This document shows positions 12,150-25,940 of a DNA stretch of 64,000 bases, piece by piece (the stretch's first letter is position 1; each line of letters starts with the position of its first letter). Location of the stretch: assembly GCF_009914755.1 (NCBI RefSeq), contig NC_060927.1, one strand, 5' to 3'. The stretch is from the human T2T-CHM13v2.0 reference genome, Homo sapiens. The notes under the pieces were generated by a model that made no database searches, had not been told where the DNA came from, and saw only the letters and a program-made list of their open reading frames with translations. The position numbers were made by a program, and so were the translations under genes.

Positions 12150-14847
12150 TTTATTACTGCGGTTGAATTTATACCTGCCATTTTGGTATGTGATTTCTAT
12201 ATATCTCTTGTTTTTTGAGTCTCTCTCTTTCTAACTTATCTCCTGTTTTACATTAAATACATTTTTTAGTATAACACATTTATTTCTGTTGAGTTTTACC
12301 ATATTTTTTAGCTATTTTCTTATTGGTTGGCCTAGAAAATAAAATATCTATCTTAATAATTGACTTCAGAATACTAGCAACAAAGCAGATAGAGAATTTT
12401 TTCTCCAATATATCTCCTTTCCTTTCCTGTACTTTGTGTTCAATATTTATATGTTATGCACCAACAATACAATGTTATAATTATTGCTTTATATCATTTT
12501 GTGTATTTTAAACACGGTGTAAATATGTAAGAAAATGTATTTATAGAGTTTTAAAAAGTTATTTATATGTTTTTTGTTTTTTATCTGTCTTCATTATTTC
12601 CCGTGGATACAAGTTATCATCTGGAGTCACTTCCTTTAAACCAATGAGCTTTTTCTTTCATGATTTTTAAAGCAAGTGTACTAGCAACAATTGTTTCCAT
12701 CTTTGTTTATCTGGAAAAATCTGCAGTTTGTCTTCATTGTTGAAGTATAGTTTTGCTATTTATAGAATTTTTGGTGGATTTTTTTTAATCTTTCAGAAAT
12801 TTGAGTATGTCATTCAACTGCTTTATGAACTCCATTTTTTCTGACGAAAAGTCAGGCCTCAATAGTCTTTTTCTGACTGCACTGAGTCGTTTCTCTCTTG
12901 CTGCTTTCAAGGTCATGGTTTTCGACAGTTTGACTATGATCTGTCTAGGTGTAATTACTTAATTCATTCTTCTTTGAGTTCACTGAGCTTCTTAGTATTA
13001 TGGATTACTGATTTTCATAAAATTGGAAAGGTTCTTAGTAATTATTTTGCATATATTTATTTTTTGTTCCTTTTTCTCTCTCCTGTATTTCTGAAATTCA
13101 TATTACATATATGTTGGTATGCTTGATTGTGTCCCACCAATCTTTGAGTTTCTATTGTTCTTCAATATTTTTCTTATGTATTTTTCATATTGGATAACTT
13201 TTGTTAATCTATTTTGTAACGTATTAATTCTCCTGATATTTCGAATCTGCTGTTAAGCCCCTATGGTAATGTTTTCTTTTCAGTTTTTACCTTTTCAAAC
13301 CCTTAGTTTCCATCTTTTAATTTTAACTTCTTTTTAAGATTTTCTATTTGTTGATTCATTGTCACTATACTTTCTTTTACAAGTGGTTTCCTTTTTTCAT
13401 TACCATATTTATAATATCTGATTTGAATTATTGTCTGCAAAATCCAATATCTGAAAACACTCAGAGGTGGTTTCTGTCGACTCTTGGATTTTTTTTTTTG
13501 TTTTTACTGAGTATAGATTATGCTTATTTCTTTGAGCGCCTTGCAATATTTTATTAAATAACTTGACATTTTATATTTATTTGTTGGTTTGTTTATTTTG
13601 AGATACAGTCTCACTCTTTCTCCCAGGCTAGAGTACAGTGGTGCAATCTTGGCTCACTGCAACCTCCACCTCTCGGGTTCAAGCGACTTTCATGCCTCAG
13701 CCTCCTGAGTAGGTGGGATTACAGTTGCACACCATCATACCCAGCTAATTTGTGTATTTTTAGTAGACACAGGGTTTCAGCATGTTGGTCAGGCTGGTCT
13801 TGAACTTCTGACCTCAAATGATCTGCCTGTCTCGGCCTCCCAAAGTGCTGGAATTATAGGTGTGAGCCACTGTGCCCTGCCATACTTGACATTTTAGATA
13901 ATACATTATAGAGATTCTGCATTCTTTCTTCCCACCTCCCACAAGGATTGATGTTGTTTTTGCTAAAGTTGTTTTTTTTTATAACTTGTGTGAACAGAAT
14001 GTGTGATGACTATCTACCTTATGATGTCTGGCTGCTAGTGTCTTTGCTGATTTTTAAAAAACACCTTGTTTTTGTCTTTAAGCCTGCTTTCTTAGTGGTT
14101 GCCCTTGTGAATGTAAAACTTAGTGTTCTGCAAAAGATTGGTCAAGAATTGCACTCAAATATCTCAAGTCACTAAGGCTTCCATTCTCTACTAATGGGTT
14201 TGTTTGTAGGTTGAGAAGTGCACTCAAAGTTCAGATTATTTCCAAGCCTTCCCTGGCTTTTACTCTGTGCTGGTCTTTTATGTTTAAGAAGCACAAGTGC
14301 AGGCTCTGTCAGTCAGGAAAATATGAGTGACCTGGGTTCTGACACTTCCTCCAGTCATTTCAGGAAATATAGTGAGTGTATTAGGTCTCCTATAGGGCTC
14401 TCTCACATTTAGGGTTTCCCCCTTAAATCCCTGGCAAGTCCGCTGATCTGTGTTTTTGACCCCAACGAACAGCAATTGACCATCTTTCTCACTTGTCTCT
14501 GGGATCGTCACTTTGACTGATAATGCTTCGATTCAAATGCATTTCTATCTGGCAATGACAGCGAAGCTTATTGTTTTATAGTTCACCCCCAACAATAGAA
14601 AAGCCATATTGACCGTGCTTGGGGGAAGATGGAGGCAGCCCCAGGAAATAATAGCATGTGCCTATATTCTTTATACCCAAGTTCAATAGTTTTCATGAGT
14701 AACCACTTACCAGTTTGTTGTATGCTTTTGGTTACATTCTGGAGCATTCAAACAGTTGTTTTGGGCCATTTTGTCCAGCTTCATAGTTGTATTTTGGGGA
14801 AGTGACTCTTTAAACTTTTCGCCTCATCATGCCAGAAGTCAGAAGTA
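12150..14847 (-). mobile_element. Old L1M ORF1/5' UTR region, interrupted by an Alu
   Basis: T-rich L1 antisense motifs (ttgaagtatagttttgct; tctcttgctgctttcaag), ending in gccagaagtcagaagt. Confidence 0.6.
13574..13881 (-). mobile_element. Alu (AluS, Sx/Sz-like)
   Basis: Full dimeric Alu in reverse. TSD acttgacatttta at 13561-13573 and 13884-13896. Confidence 0.95.
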
Positions 14848-14949
14848 CTACAGGTCAGAACCCACAAAGTACTACAGGGTTTTGAATCATTCTTTCCATG
14901 ATGGTGTGTAGAAATTACTTAGCTCATTAACACTTCCATACACATTTTT

Positions 14950-16153
14950 TCCTTTCTTTTACTATGGTTCCTTTTCTTTGTCCTTATGTTTTATATATGT
15001 CTCTATACACTTTGTATAGCAATAATTTTTTGGTGTCTAATCTTACAAACATGTCTTTTAATTGGCTATTTTAATGCAGTTTTATTATTGTAACAATAGC
15101 AACATTTGCATTTTTCTATCTTTTTTCTTCAGTTTTTCATATTTTTTCTTCCTTTTAATATATCGTGGTTTCTTTTTTTCTATTTTCCTTCCCTCTTCAC
15201 AGGTATAAACATTTTGTATTTACTGTACATTTCTTTAATAATTACTTTTGAAATTATAATGTACTTCATTTTTTAAAAATCAAATTAATATTGTTATAAA
15301 CCTCTCAAACAATACAATAATCTTAGACAGTTTAGACCCCATACATTGCCTTCAACTTTTTAGCTCATAGTATTTTTGGTACCTATGATTTAGATGTTAA
15401 AAGATACGTACTTTTGGTATTTCTGTAACCCTGTAAATTAGACATTAAAAATATTCTCCTATGTTGTCAGTGCTTGCTAACATTTACCTATGGTTTTCTT
15501 TGCTCACAATTCCTGTTACATTGCAGAGCAGTTTGGGGATTATTTTTCTTTTATTTTGAAGTCCTTTAGTGAAGCTCTCTGGATAGAAAATTTATTTTTG
15601 TTTTTCTGGCATATCTTTATCCTCTTTAAACAACTTTAGGTTTATTTCAGCCACTTTCATGCTACTACTGACATTTTTTGAGTTCTTTTGTCACTGCTGA
15701 AAAATCAGCTGTCTTATTTCTATTTTTAGACAATCAATTTTTTCACTTGCTATGGAGAATTTTTTTTATTTGGTTTCATGCAGTTTTACTATTATGTGCT
15801 TTGTTAATATATTTTTCTTCATCATGGTAGAGATTTCTTGTGCTTTTTAAATTTGAGGTTTTATGGCTTAAATTCCTGAACAATCTTTATTACTCTCTTT
15901 TTATATCATGCCTTGCCCATTCTTGCCATAATTGTCTGATTAGATATATTTTGGGTCTTCTAGTTTATCTCCAATATCTCTTAGCTTATTTCTTATTTAT
16001 GGTTTCTAACTATTGCAATCTGTATAATTTCCTCAGCTGCTTCTTCCCATTTTCTCTTTGTCCTTAAGCTGTGTTCAATCTGTTGTTTAACTCCTCTTTT
16101 GCGTTACTTCAAAAAATGTATTTTTAATTTCTGGAAGTACCATTTTTGGTCAA
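14950..16153 (-). mobile_element. Very old L1 (L1ME-like) relic
   Basis: Degenerate antisense ORF1 motifs (gctgaaaaatcagctgtc; gctgtgttcaatctgttgtttaac). Confidence 0.5.
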
Positions 16154-16243
16154 ATATCCCTTGTCATAGTATACTTGACCAAAAATGGTACTTCCAGAGA
16201 TTAAAAATAAATTTTTGAAGTAATGCAAAGGAAGAGTTAAACA
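16084..16243. repeat. Long inverted repeat, ~70-bp arms with 21-nt spacer
   Basis: 16084-16153 versus 16175-16243. The inner 24 bp (tctggaagtaccatttttggtcaa) are perfectly complementary; about 5 mismatches and 1 indel overall. Confidence 0.95.
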
Positions 16244-17226
16244 GAGTAAAGTATTAACCTACAGAATAGAAGAAAATAATTGCAAACCACAAAACTGATA
16301 TGGAGTTAATACCCTCAACATAGAAGTAACTCCTACAGCTCAACAACAATGAAGGAAATAATATGATTAATAAATGGGCAAAGTTTTAAAATAGATTTTT
16401 CTCAAAAGAAGACATACAAATGGCCAACAGCTATATATAAAAGGTGATCAATAGCCATAATCATCAGGGAAATGCCAATTAAAACCACAATAAGATATCA
16501 GCTTACACGTATTAAAATAATTACTATAAAATAAAACTGAAAAGATAACAAGTATTGACAATGACGTGGAGAAATGGAACATTTGTATACTGTATACTAT
16601 TGGTGGGAGTATAAAATGGTGCATTTTATACTGTGAATAACAGTATGGAGTTTCCAAAAAAAAAAAAATAGAATTTTCATATGATTCAGCAATCTAACTT
16701 TTGGCTATTTATCCAGAAGAATTAAAATGAAGATCTTGAAGACGTATCTGCATTCTTATGTTCAGCATTATTGCTTATGTGCAGCATTATAAGCAATAGT
16801 AAAAATTTGAAAACAACATAAATGTTCATCAGCAGAGAATGGATATAGACTACAATGAAATGTTATTTAGTTTTTAAAAAAGAAGAAAACTTTGTTATTT
16901 GCAACAACATAGTTGAACCTGAAGGATGTTATGCTAACTGAAATGACACAGTCACAGAACTAACACTGCACAATTCAATTTATCTGAGTAACTGAAAATA
17001 GTAAAACTCACAGAAACAGAGAATAAAATGATGATTAACAAGGACTGTGGGAAGAGAGAAATGGGGAATTGGTATTCAACATGTATAAAGTTTCAGTTAT
17101 CCAAGAAAAATAAGCTCTAGAAATTTGCTGTATAACAGTGTACCTATTATTAACAGTAATTTATTATGAACTTAATATACATCAAGAGAGTAGATCTTAT
17201 GTTGTGTTCTTACCACAATAAAAAAT
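16244..17226 (+). mobile_element. 5'-truncated L1MA (L1MA9/10-like) 3' end
   Basis: ORF2 C-terminal motifs (ctcaaaagaagacatacaaatggccaacag), ending gtgttcttaccacaataaaaaa. Confidence 0.8.
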
Positions 17227-17231
17227 AACAA

Positions 17232-19120
17232 TTTTTTATAATTATTGCATCTTATTGACTAATTGACCCTTTTATCACTTTATATTTTTTGTTTCTTGTG
17301 TCAATTTTGACTTAAAATCTATTTTTTTCTGATGTACATATAAATTGGTTACCATTTGCATAGAGTATATTTTTCTATTACTTCACCTTCAGCTTATGTG
17401 TGTGTAAAGCAAAAGTGCATCTCTTACATACAACATGTAGTAATATCTTGTTTTTTTTCAAATCTATTCATCTAGTGTATTCTTTATTGAGGAATTTAAT
17501 CCATTAAATTTAAAGTAATTGCTGATGGAGAGTAACTTATTATTGTCATTTTGTTAATTGTTTTATGTTTGTCTTCTTCTTTTATCCCTCTCTTTCTCTT
17601 GTTGTCTTTCTTTGTAATTTGTTAATTTTTGTAGTGATATACTTTAAGTTTTTTTTATATTCTATAGGTATTTTCTTTGTGGTCACAATGATGTTTACAT
17701 AAACCATCTTATAGTTAGAACAGTCTATTGTAAGCTGATATAAACAACTTCATTTACATACAAAAACTCCACACTTTTACTTCTTCCCTACTCCAATACT
17801 TTGCAATTGATGTCACAATTGACATGTCTTTATAGTGTGCATTCATTAACATATCGTATATTTTAAAAATATCTTCCTATTTTTACTTTTATACTATAAT
17901 TCAATGTGATGTACTTACCACCATTATCATATTACAGTATTCTGTATTTGTCTATATATTTCCTTCTACCAATGAGGTTTATAATTTTGTATGCTTTCAT
18001 GTTGCACTTCAGCATCCTTTCATTTCAATTTGAAAACTTCCTTTAGCATGTCTTACAAGCTAGGTCTAGTGGTGATGAACTCTCTTAGCTTTTTTTTTTC
18101 TTCAAGTTTTATTTTCAGTTCAGGGGTACCTGTGCAGAATGTGCAGGTTTTTACATAGGTAAATATATACCATGGTGGTTTGCTGCCCAGATCATCCAAT
18201 TGCCTAGGTATTAAGCCCAGCATCCATTAGCTATTCTTCCTGATGCTCTTCTTCCCCCAAACCCCACTTCTGACAAGCCCCAGTGTGTTATTTCCCTCAT
18301 GTGTCCATGGGTTCTCATTATTCAGCTTTCACTGGTAAGTGAGAATGTGTGGCATTTGGTTTTCTCTTCCTGCTTTAGTTTGCTAAGGATACTCCTTTCA
18401 TATCCCTGCAAAGGACATGATCTTGTTCCATTTTATGGCTGCATACTATTCCATGGTGTATATGTATCACATTTTCTTCATCCAGTCTATCATTGATGGA
18501 CATTTAGGTTGATGCCGTGTCTTTGCTATTGTGAATAGTGCTGCAATGAATATACATGTCCATGTATCTTTATAATAGGATGATTTATATATTTTGGGGT
18601 ATATACTCAGTAATTGGATTGCTGGTTTGAATGATATTTCTGCCTCTTGGTCTTTGCAGAATTGCCACACTGTCTTTCACAATGATTGAACTAATTTACA
18701 CTCCCACCAACAGTGTAAAAGTATTCCTTTCTCTGCAACCTCACCAGCAACTGTTGTTTTTTGACTTTTTAATAATAGTCATTCTGACTGACATCTCTCT
18801 AATCTTTCATTTGTTACAAATGTCTTTATCTTTTCTTCATTTGTGAAGGACAGTATGCCTTTTGCAAGGTATTATATTATTCATTGATAGCTTTTTTTCT
18901 TTCAAGACTTTAAATATACTATCTCACTCCCTTCTAGCCTATAAGGTGAATGCTAAGACATCTGCTGAAAGTTTTATGGAAACTCTCCTCTATATTACAA
19001 GTAGCTTTACTCCTGCTTTTTTAAAATTATCTCTTCTTCTTTGACTTTTGACAGTTTGATTATATTGTACTATGGTGTGTTCTATTTTAGGTTTAGCCAA
19101 TTTAAAATCTGTTGGACTTT
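17232..19120 (-). mobile_element. Old L1M fragment, interrupted by an L1PA
   Basis: Antisense L1 motifs (ttgacccttttatca; ggtctagtggtgatgaactctcttagctt). Confidence 0.65.
18090..18791 (-). mobile_element. 5'-truncated L1PA (older, PA8-PA12-like) 3' end
   Basis: Poly-T, then caggggtacctgtgcag..aggtattaagcccagcatccattagcta. ORF 18467..18670 is the L1 ORF2 C-terminus (IFIAALFTIAK..QPKCPS). Confidence 0.88.
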
Positions 19121-19124
19121 ATAT

Positions 19125-19637
19125 ATGCTTTCCTCACTAAGCTTAATTATTTCTAGCTTTTTATTTAAAGAGAGAGGCATGTAACTCTTCTCTTCACTTG
19201 AACATTTAGAGACAATTGTAGGGTTATTTATGAATGAAGTAATAGTGTTGTGTCTTGGGAAATAAGGAGGCCTGAATGAAGAGAGAGAAATAGGGTAATA
19301 GACAGGTAGTGAAACATTCAGAATACACACCATTTATTGTTTAAGTTCACCATATTATGTGGGCATAGTTAGTGGCACCACAAAACAATGAAAATAGTAA
19401 TATCAAAGATCAATCACTGACCACAGATGAACATGATAGACATGAAAACAATGAAAAGGCTCGAAATATTGTAAGAATTATTGAAATATGAGGAGACAAG
19501 GAGTGAGAACATACTGTTTGAAAACTGGCACCAGTAGACCCTCAATGTAGGGTTGCTACAAGCCTTCAATTTGTAAAAAAAAATGGAGTATCGGTGAAGT
19601 GCAATGAAACAAAGCACAATAAAATGAGCTAGGCCTA
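19125..19637 (-). mobile_element. Tigger1 5' fragment
   Basis: Homologous to 2345-2834 in this window (ctcactaagcttaa..cacttgaaca). Degenerate terminal repeat gagctaggccta followed by TA. Confidence 0.85.
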
Positions 19638-19679
19638 TACAAATTAAGAAACTCATAAAGTGACAGTATATTATGTTTA

Positions 19680-21499
19680 CCTTGAGTTTTATTCATTGCA
19701 TTATTCTTCTTTCCTATCTGAAGTTTCCAACCTTCTCCTGCTTTTATTTATTTTTATTTTTTGAGAGCTTTTTTTAGCCATTCCTTAATGGTCAATGTGG
19801 TAGCAACAAATTCTCTAATTTTTATCCATCTTAGGATGTCTTGAAGGATAGTATTGCTGGATATAGGCTCAACCTTGACTTTTTTTTGTCATTCAGAGTT
19901 TAAAAATCTGTGCCACTTACTTCAAGCCTCCATGATTTTAGATGAGAAATCTGTTATTCAAATTGGTGTAACTCTGTAGGTAATATCTATTTCTATAATT
20001 TTGTCTATCTAGCTATCTAGCTGTTTCTATTTTTTTCTTTGTGTTTAGTTATTTAGCGTGTAATTATGATGTGTCTTGGTTTAGATTTCTTTAGGTTTTC
20101 CCATCTGGAGTTAACCCGATTTTTGAAATTTGTAGATTTATGCCTTTCGGCAAGTTTGGGAACTTTTAAGCCATTATTTCTTCAAATATTTTTCCATCTC
20201 ACACTCTCTTCTATTCTCTCCTGACTAATCAACAGTGCAAATGTTGAACTGGTTTTTATTGTCAGGTTCTTAAGGCACTGTTTTTTTTGTTTTGTTTTGT
20301 TTTCTACTTTTTCTTTGAGTAAATTTCATTGCTTTGTCTTCAAACTCACTGATGCTATACTCTGTCCTCTCCTCTCTGCTACTGAGTATCCAGATTTTTT
20401 TTAAATATTGGCTATCATATTTTGCCTTTCTTTTATTTGATTATTTTTATAATATCAATTTTTAATGAGATCTCTTTTTCATCATTTTCAATAAAATTCA
20501 TAATTGCTTATTGAAGAATTTTATGATGGCTGCTTTAGAATTCTTGTCAAACAATTTCACCACTGATTTACTTTGCTATTGACATCAGTTGATTGTCTAT
20601 TGTCACCGAACTTGTGATTCTCGGTCCTTTGTTCTTAGTATATCTCATATCGTTTGCTCATTATATTAGAATACTTTTGATCCTTTTTCAGTGTTGTATT
20701 TTAGCATGCAGTTGCCTTATTTAGGTTTAGTCTGGCTTTAGTTTAAGTTTTGTTCTGGCATAAATTCTGGTTTGCTTATGTGAGCTACAACCCCAGTGTG
20801 TTTAGATTTCAGACCCATTGCAATGCTATTGTAGAGGTTGAGGTGTTGGACCTGGGTCTCATTATAACACTCGCTGGAGATGCTAAGCTTCTCTGATACT
20901 ACGTTTTTGGGCTGATGACCCTACCCACAAGTAGCTGGTTATGGAACAGGGGTTGGATAGTTGCACTGTGATTTTGCTGCTGCTGCTGCTCTTGTTGCTG
21001 TTGCTGCTGCTGTGGTAGAATTAGACCGCTGGCTGGAGATCTGGCTGTGGAGTGGCCAGGGTCCTCGCTGCCACTGTGGACTTTATTTGCTCCACTGGAG
21101 ATTCTCCTGTGACTTTATGGGTAAATTGGAGATACTGCCAGTGTGTGGTTGTGAAGAAGGGATTGAAACACCCCACTGGCTCTCTGATGTGCTTCGGCTT
21201 CCCGTTCTTTAGCCAGGTTTTCTTATTTGTTTGATCATTTTGTCTACAACTGTTGGTGGTTTTGGATTGCAGTCCAAACCTCTCCAGTCTCCAATCCACA
21301 ATACAAACAAAAAACAAAAACCCAGAGAACTCACCGTGTTCTTTCCTCAAGTCCTGATATCCCTAATAAATTCACCTTCTTCTTACCCAGAGTTATATTT
21401 TGGTTTTCTGTTGAATTATTTCTAGGGCTTTCAGTTGTATTTAGAGGAGAGGAGGAGGGAAAGTGAGTCTATGCCATCTCTTTTCAGAACCAGAAGCCC
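19680..21499 (-). mobile_element. Old L1M ORF1/5' UTR region, with an imperfect (GCT)n at about 20976-21012
   Basis: Antisense L1 motifs (gccattatttcttcaaatattttt), ending gtctatgccatctc..cagaaccagaagccc. Confidence 0.6.
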
Positions 21500-21589
21500 C
21501 TAGTTATTTAATTTTTAATACTGCAAAAAACTTTTCATTAGGACATATGTCTTCATATGCCCTCAATGCACAAATGGCCTCTCAAAGTG

Positions 21590-22668
21590 CTATCTCCCAG
21601 TAATATCACCTTCATTGATATATGATCACTGCCTACTGGATATCTCTTAAATGTGCAACAATCATCTCAGACTGAACATGTCAGAACAAAATTCTTATTT
21701 TCTTCCTCAAAAATGCACCTTCTAAAATCTGCCTGTTTTTTGTAAATGCCATCATCATAACATCGTTACCTGATTTTTAAGCCTGCTCCCCACAAAAGAA
21801 TTATTCTTGGTTCCTCTTTTTTCTTTCGCTTTCATATCAAAGCCAAGATCTATCTGCACTAGATCAAGTAGATCTAGCTACACTATTTTCTAAATACATG
21901 TTCACTCTAACTGCTTGTTATCATGGTCACTTCTACCGTCATCTACTCTGCCTGAATTACTAAAACAACTTCCTCATTGATTTCCTGCTTCCATTCTTGG
22001 TGCGTGTATAATGGTCTCTTCTAGACTTTGTAGCTAGAGTCATTTTTTATTAATGTAATTGACAACATTTCAGTTCTTTTTTAAAACCATTAGCTGTCTG
22101 CTTCTGCAATTAGAAGAAAATCTAAATTTTTAATCACGTATTTCCAGACTCTACAATGTAGAGTCTATATGACCAGATGCCTGGCTACTTCTCTGAACTT
22201 TTTATAAAACTTTCTCCTTTATTTACCAAATTTCAGCTACTGTAGCCTCTTTCTGTTCTGCAAACATGCCAAACTAATTTACTCTTAGCATACTAACTTC
22301 TTTGACTGCCTGAAACAGTCTCCCTAGTACTTTGTGTGAATGATCGCTTTTAATCCCTCAAGTCAAAGTTCAAACTTCTTCCCAAAGATACTTTTCTGTC
22401 CACTCAATTTTAAGTATCCTCCTGTACATCTACCCAGTCATTTTCTTTCCCTTTTTTCCCCCGCTAACATTTGTCACTATCTGTAGATATATTATGTATG
22501 TGTTTAATTGCTTGGTTACATGTTTATTGTTTCTCTTTCTTTCTCATTTGAATATAAGCTATCACAAGCAGAAAACCTATTGTTTTTGTTCCCTGCTATT
22601 TACTCATTAATAAAAACACAATCTTGTACTTAGTAGGTGTAATAAATATTTGTTAAATTAATGAATGA
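21590..22668 (+). mobile_element. L2 (L2a-like) 3' region
   Basis: ctgcctactggatatctc..catctcagactgaacatgtc, with typical 3' end tagtaggtgtaataaatattt..aatgaatga. Confidence 0.75.
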
Positions 22669-25179
22669 GTAATCTCTCTTGATTTCTACCCAGTTGTAAG
22701 CCATTAGCAATACAGGGCTTGCTTTACTTACCTACAATGCCTGGTATATCACAGTTTCTCTGTATCACATAAATTAATCATTTTGAAATGCTGATAGTTT
22801 TGCTTGATTAATTGTTTGGTATTTGTCATTCTTGACTATTGTGCAAGGACATGCCAATAATTTGAGTGGAGACAAAAATGAGCTTAAAAGAGTTCATAAA
22901 AGGCTTGCTATAAATTGATTCTGTTTAGTCTTCTCAATGAATCTATGCCAAATCAGTGTTACTCTTCCCCCAGATGTAATTTTGGCACTGTCATCTAAAC
23001 CCCTCTGTTTTTGATCCTTACCTTCTGACTCTTTTGCCTTCTTCTACCTCTTTTTTTCTTTTTCAGTTAATTCATAAAGTGGGGTGTCAAGGACAGCTGG
23101 ATCCATGTAGCTAACCAGGTGCTCTAATGCTACAGGTGCTCTTCGTGACTGAGCCAATTATACTTATTATCCCCAGAGAAAGGCAACTTCAGTGCCACCT
23201 TTAGCCTTCTTGGGGACTTTAAGTGATCAAAGCTTTCTTCTTTGAAGTAGAAAGTTTTATTTATTTAAATAAAATCAATAGCAATGTGATAGCAAAGGGA
23301 CTCATATGTTCTCCAGTTTGCACATGATCTTCACACTTTTTAGGAAAAGTTTACTGGTTATAGGATCTCAATATCTATGAAAGGGAGACCCCAAGAAGGA
23401 AGGAAACATGAATGAGAGTTGACAGTTCATACCCACTAGAAGACAGCTACAAAATGTTATTTGAAATGAAAAATGGTTTAAAAGTGAGTTTCTCCTTCAT
23501 TGGAGACAGAATGTTTGGGTACATTTCTGAGTCAAGTGCTGTTTGAAGTATTTATCAATGAAGACAAATCTATTTTTAGCAAAATGCTTACTCTAGACAT
23601 TCACTCTTCATCATTAAGTAAAATCTAGTGTAATTCCCCCTTTTCCCATAAAACGTCCACATGGAAAATCTTGTCTTTACTGAACTCACTGTATAATTTT
23701 ACTAGTTCAAATGCTACCTACTCTGTGAAATCTTACTTGTCTCAATCTAAGTTGTGAGGAGCTTCCTTTAATCATATGATATTAAAATAATCTGTTTAGA
23801 TAGCTATCTCTCCCAGTAGAATCTGGGACCATGACTCAATCTCAATGTGTCTTCAGAAGCTAGAGTTGTCTAGCTTGTCTTATTCACTAAAGTATATTTA
23901 AAATGAATTTAGGTGCACACTGTGTTTCGTGTCTCATTACTTCTTCTTGTTTTTCTGTATCAGGAGATGATTTCCCCCAAAGCATCACTCAAAAACCAAT
24001 TCTGAATAGATAAGGGCCAAAGGTTGAATGTCTTCATCTATTAAGCTGCATCCCCTTAGGAGTAGGAAATTATGTCTGTATTTTCTCTCTAATGCTGTAC
24101 CTAAAGATATGTCTGACGCAGAAGAGGCACACAGTAAATATTGGCTGAAAATGTAGATACAAATATAACTTTAAAAGGAAGATTAGTAGTACAAAGTTGA
24201 ATCTGTAAATTTGACTTCTGAAAGTAACAGTCTAAGTTTATGCTGTATTTGTAAAGCAGAAAGAAAAAAATAGAATTACTCTTGTTCAATTTTTTCTGAG
24301 ACAAAAATTTGCTGAGCTATGTCAATGCCACAAATAGAAGGGGGCAAAAATCCAAGTTCCAAGATGGACTGAAGCTGTTAAAAAAAGTTTTACATTTTCA
24401 ACCTAGAGATAATCTGTTATTGAGAATAATGTTTCCTTTAATTCCCTAAGAGATTGAATATTTGCTGAATATTCTTGTACTACTTTCTCTCTACATTTTG
24501 GCAGCATAAATTGTTAGACTTTGTGTGTTTTGGGTGTTTGCTGTGTTGCTATTTTTAGCCCTCAGTACCAACTGAGCAACAGAAAAACCGGGACTGGAAG
24601 TAATAAATTAGGGTTCATTTTTGAGCAAGATCCATCTCAGAGAGTGGTAGGTCCCCTTAAAATTCTTAGAGGAGATTCTTAATTTAAACAGATTGTTGCA
24701 TTTCCATTCCTCATCTAAAGTTTTATTTTTAAGCCCTTGCTGGGAAGGGTCTAAACATCAAATGAATTTAGATGTTTTAGCCATACACTTCAGTAATTTA
24801 AGATCAAATGTTGCTTTTTTATGGAGGGGAAAAAGAGTTATCTGAGAGTTTCTACTTGTAGACAAATAGAAACTTCTGACCCAGGTAAACTGTACCCATG
24901 AATGCCTCGATGCATGAATCAAATAATGCATGAAATAATCAATGCATGAAAGAATCAAATCATGGAGATAGGAAACGAAAATATGATAGAAAAGTAGGCA
25001 AAGACACAATATAAAGTATTTATTACATAGTTTGATTTTGTTTTATGTTTTAAAATAAGAATGAAGAAACACGTGCCCCAAAAATGATAACTTTACTTTC
25101 CCTCCTTTAAATTTCTAAATGTAGAAATTTGGAAATACTAGAGGAATAGCATAATGTCATTCTGATTCTTCATTCTAAC

Positions 25180-25940
25180 CTAACGCCAATAGAAAAGACA
25201 GTAGATGACTGACAGAAATAGACAACTTAATCTAAAATGTATATGAGAAGACAAAGCCAAAAGATAGTCAAAATAATGAAGGAAAATAACAAGGTGGGAA
25301 GCAAGAAACAAAGATTTATTAACAAGATATAAAGATTTGTTTTAAAGGCTACCAATTAAAACAGTGTAATTTTGACTTAGTGATAAACAAATAGACCAAA
25401 TTGAAGAGAGCAGAACTCTAAGAACAGACTGATGGCAAAGTAAAATTATAATCCTTGTTATATTTGTCATTGCAGATAAGTGGGTAGAGGATGGATTACT
25501 CAATGGGTAGTGTCTTCTACATTTGTTATACATATGGGGAAAAAACAAATTACAATTCTGACTTTTCACAAAAATATTTTGTGGATAAACTGCTTAAAAG
25601 TGCAGGGCAAAACTATAAAACATTAGAAAAATATGAACTATTAATACATGTATAACATAAAAGAGAAGTAGTTCTTAAACAAAATGTAGAGAAATAATAA
25701 TATGACTACATTAAAAGAAATAAATGCCACCTCTGAAAACCTACCACAAACAAAATGAAAAGACATACCACAAACTTAGAAAAAATATTTGTGTCATATT
25801 TATGACACAAATAAATATGGCATCAAAATAGTATTCTTATCTAAAATTGTGAGACTCTCAATATGAAAGAGATAAGGAATATAGTAGAAAAATGGATAAA
25901 GGACTTAGGCAGGCACTTTACTAAGAGTAAACACAAATAA
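25180..25940 (+). mobile_element. L1ME-like ORF2 relic
   Basis: acagaaatagacaa..ctaaaatgtatatg; caaatagaccaaattga..agagcagaa; agaaaaatggataaaggactt. Confidence 0.6.

Noticed and set aside
20961-21212. Poly-alanine ORF
   Set aside because: It arises from an imperfect (GCT)n inside an L1 5' relic.
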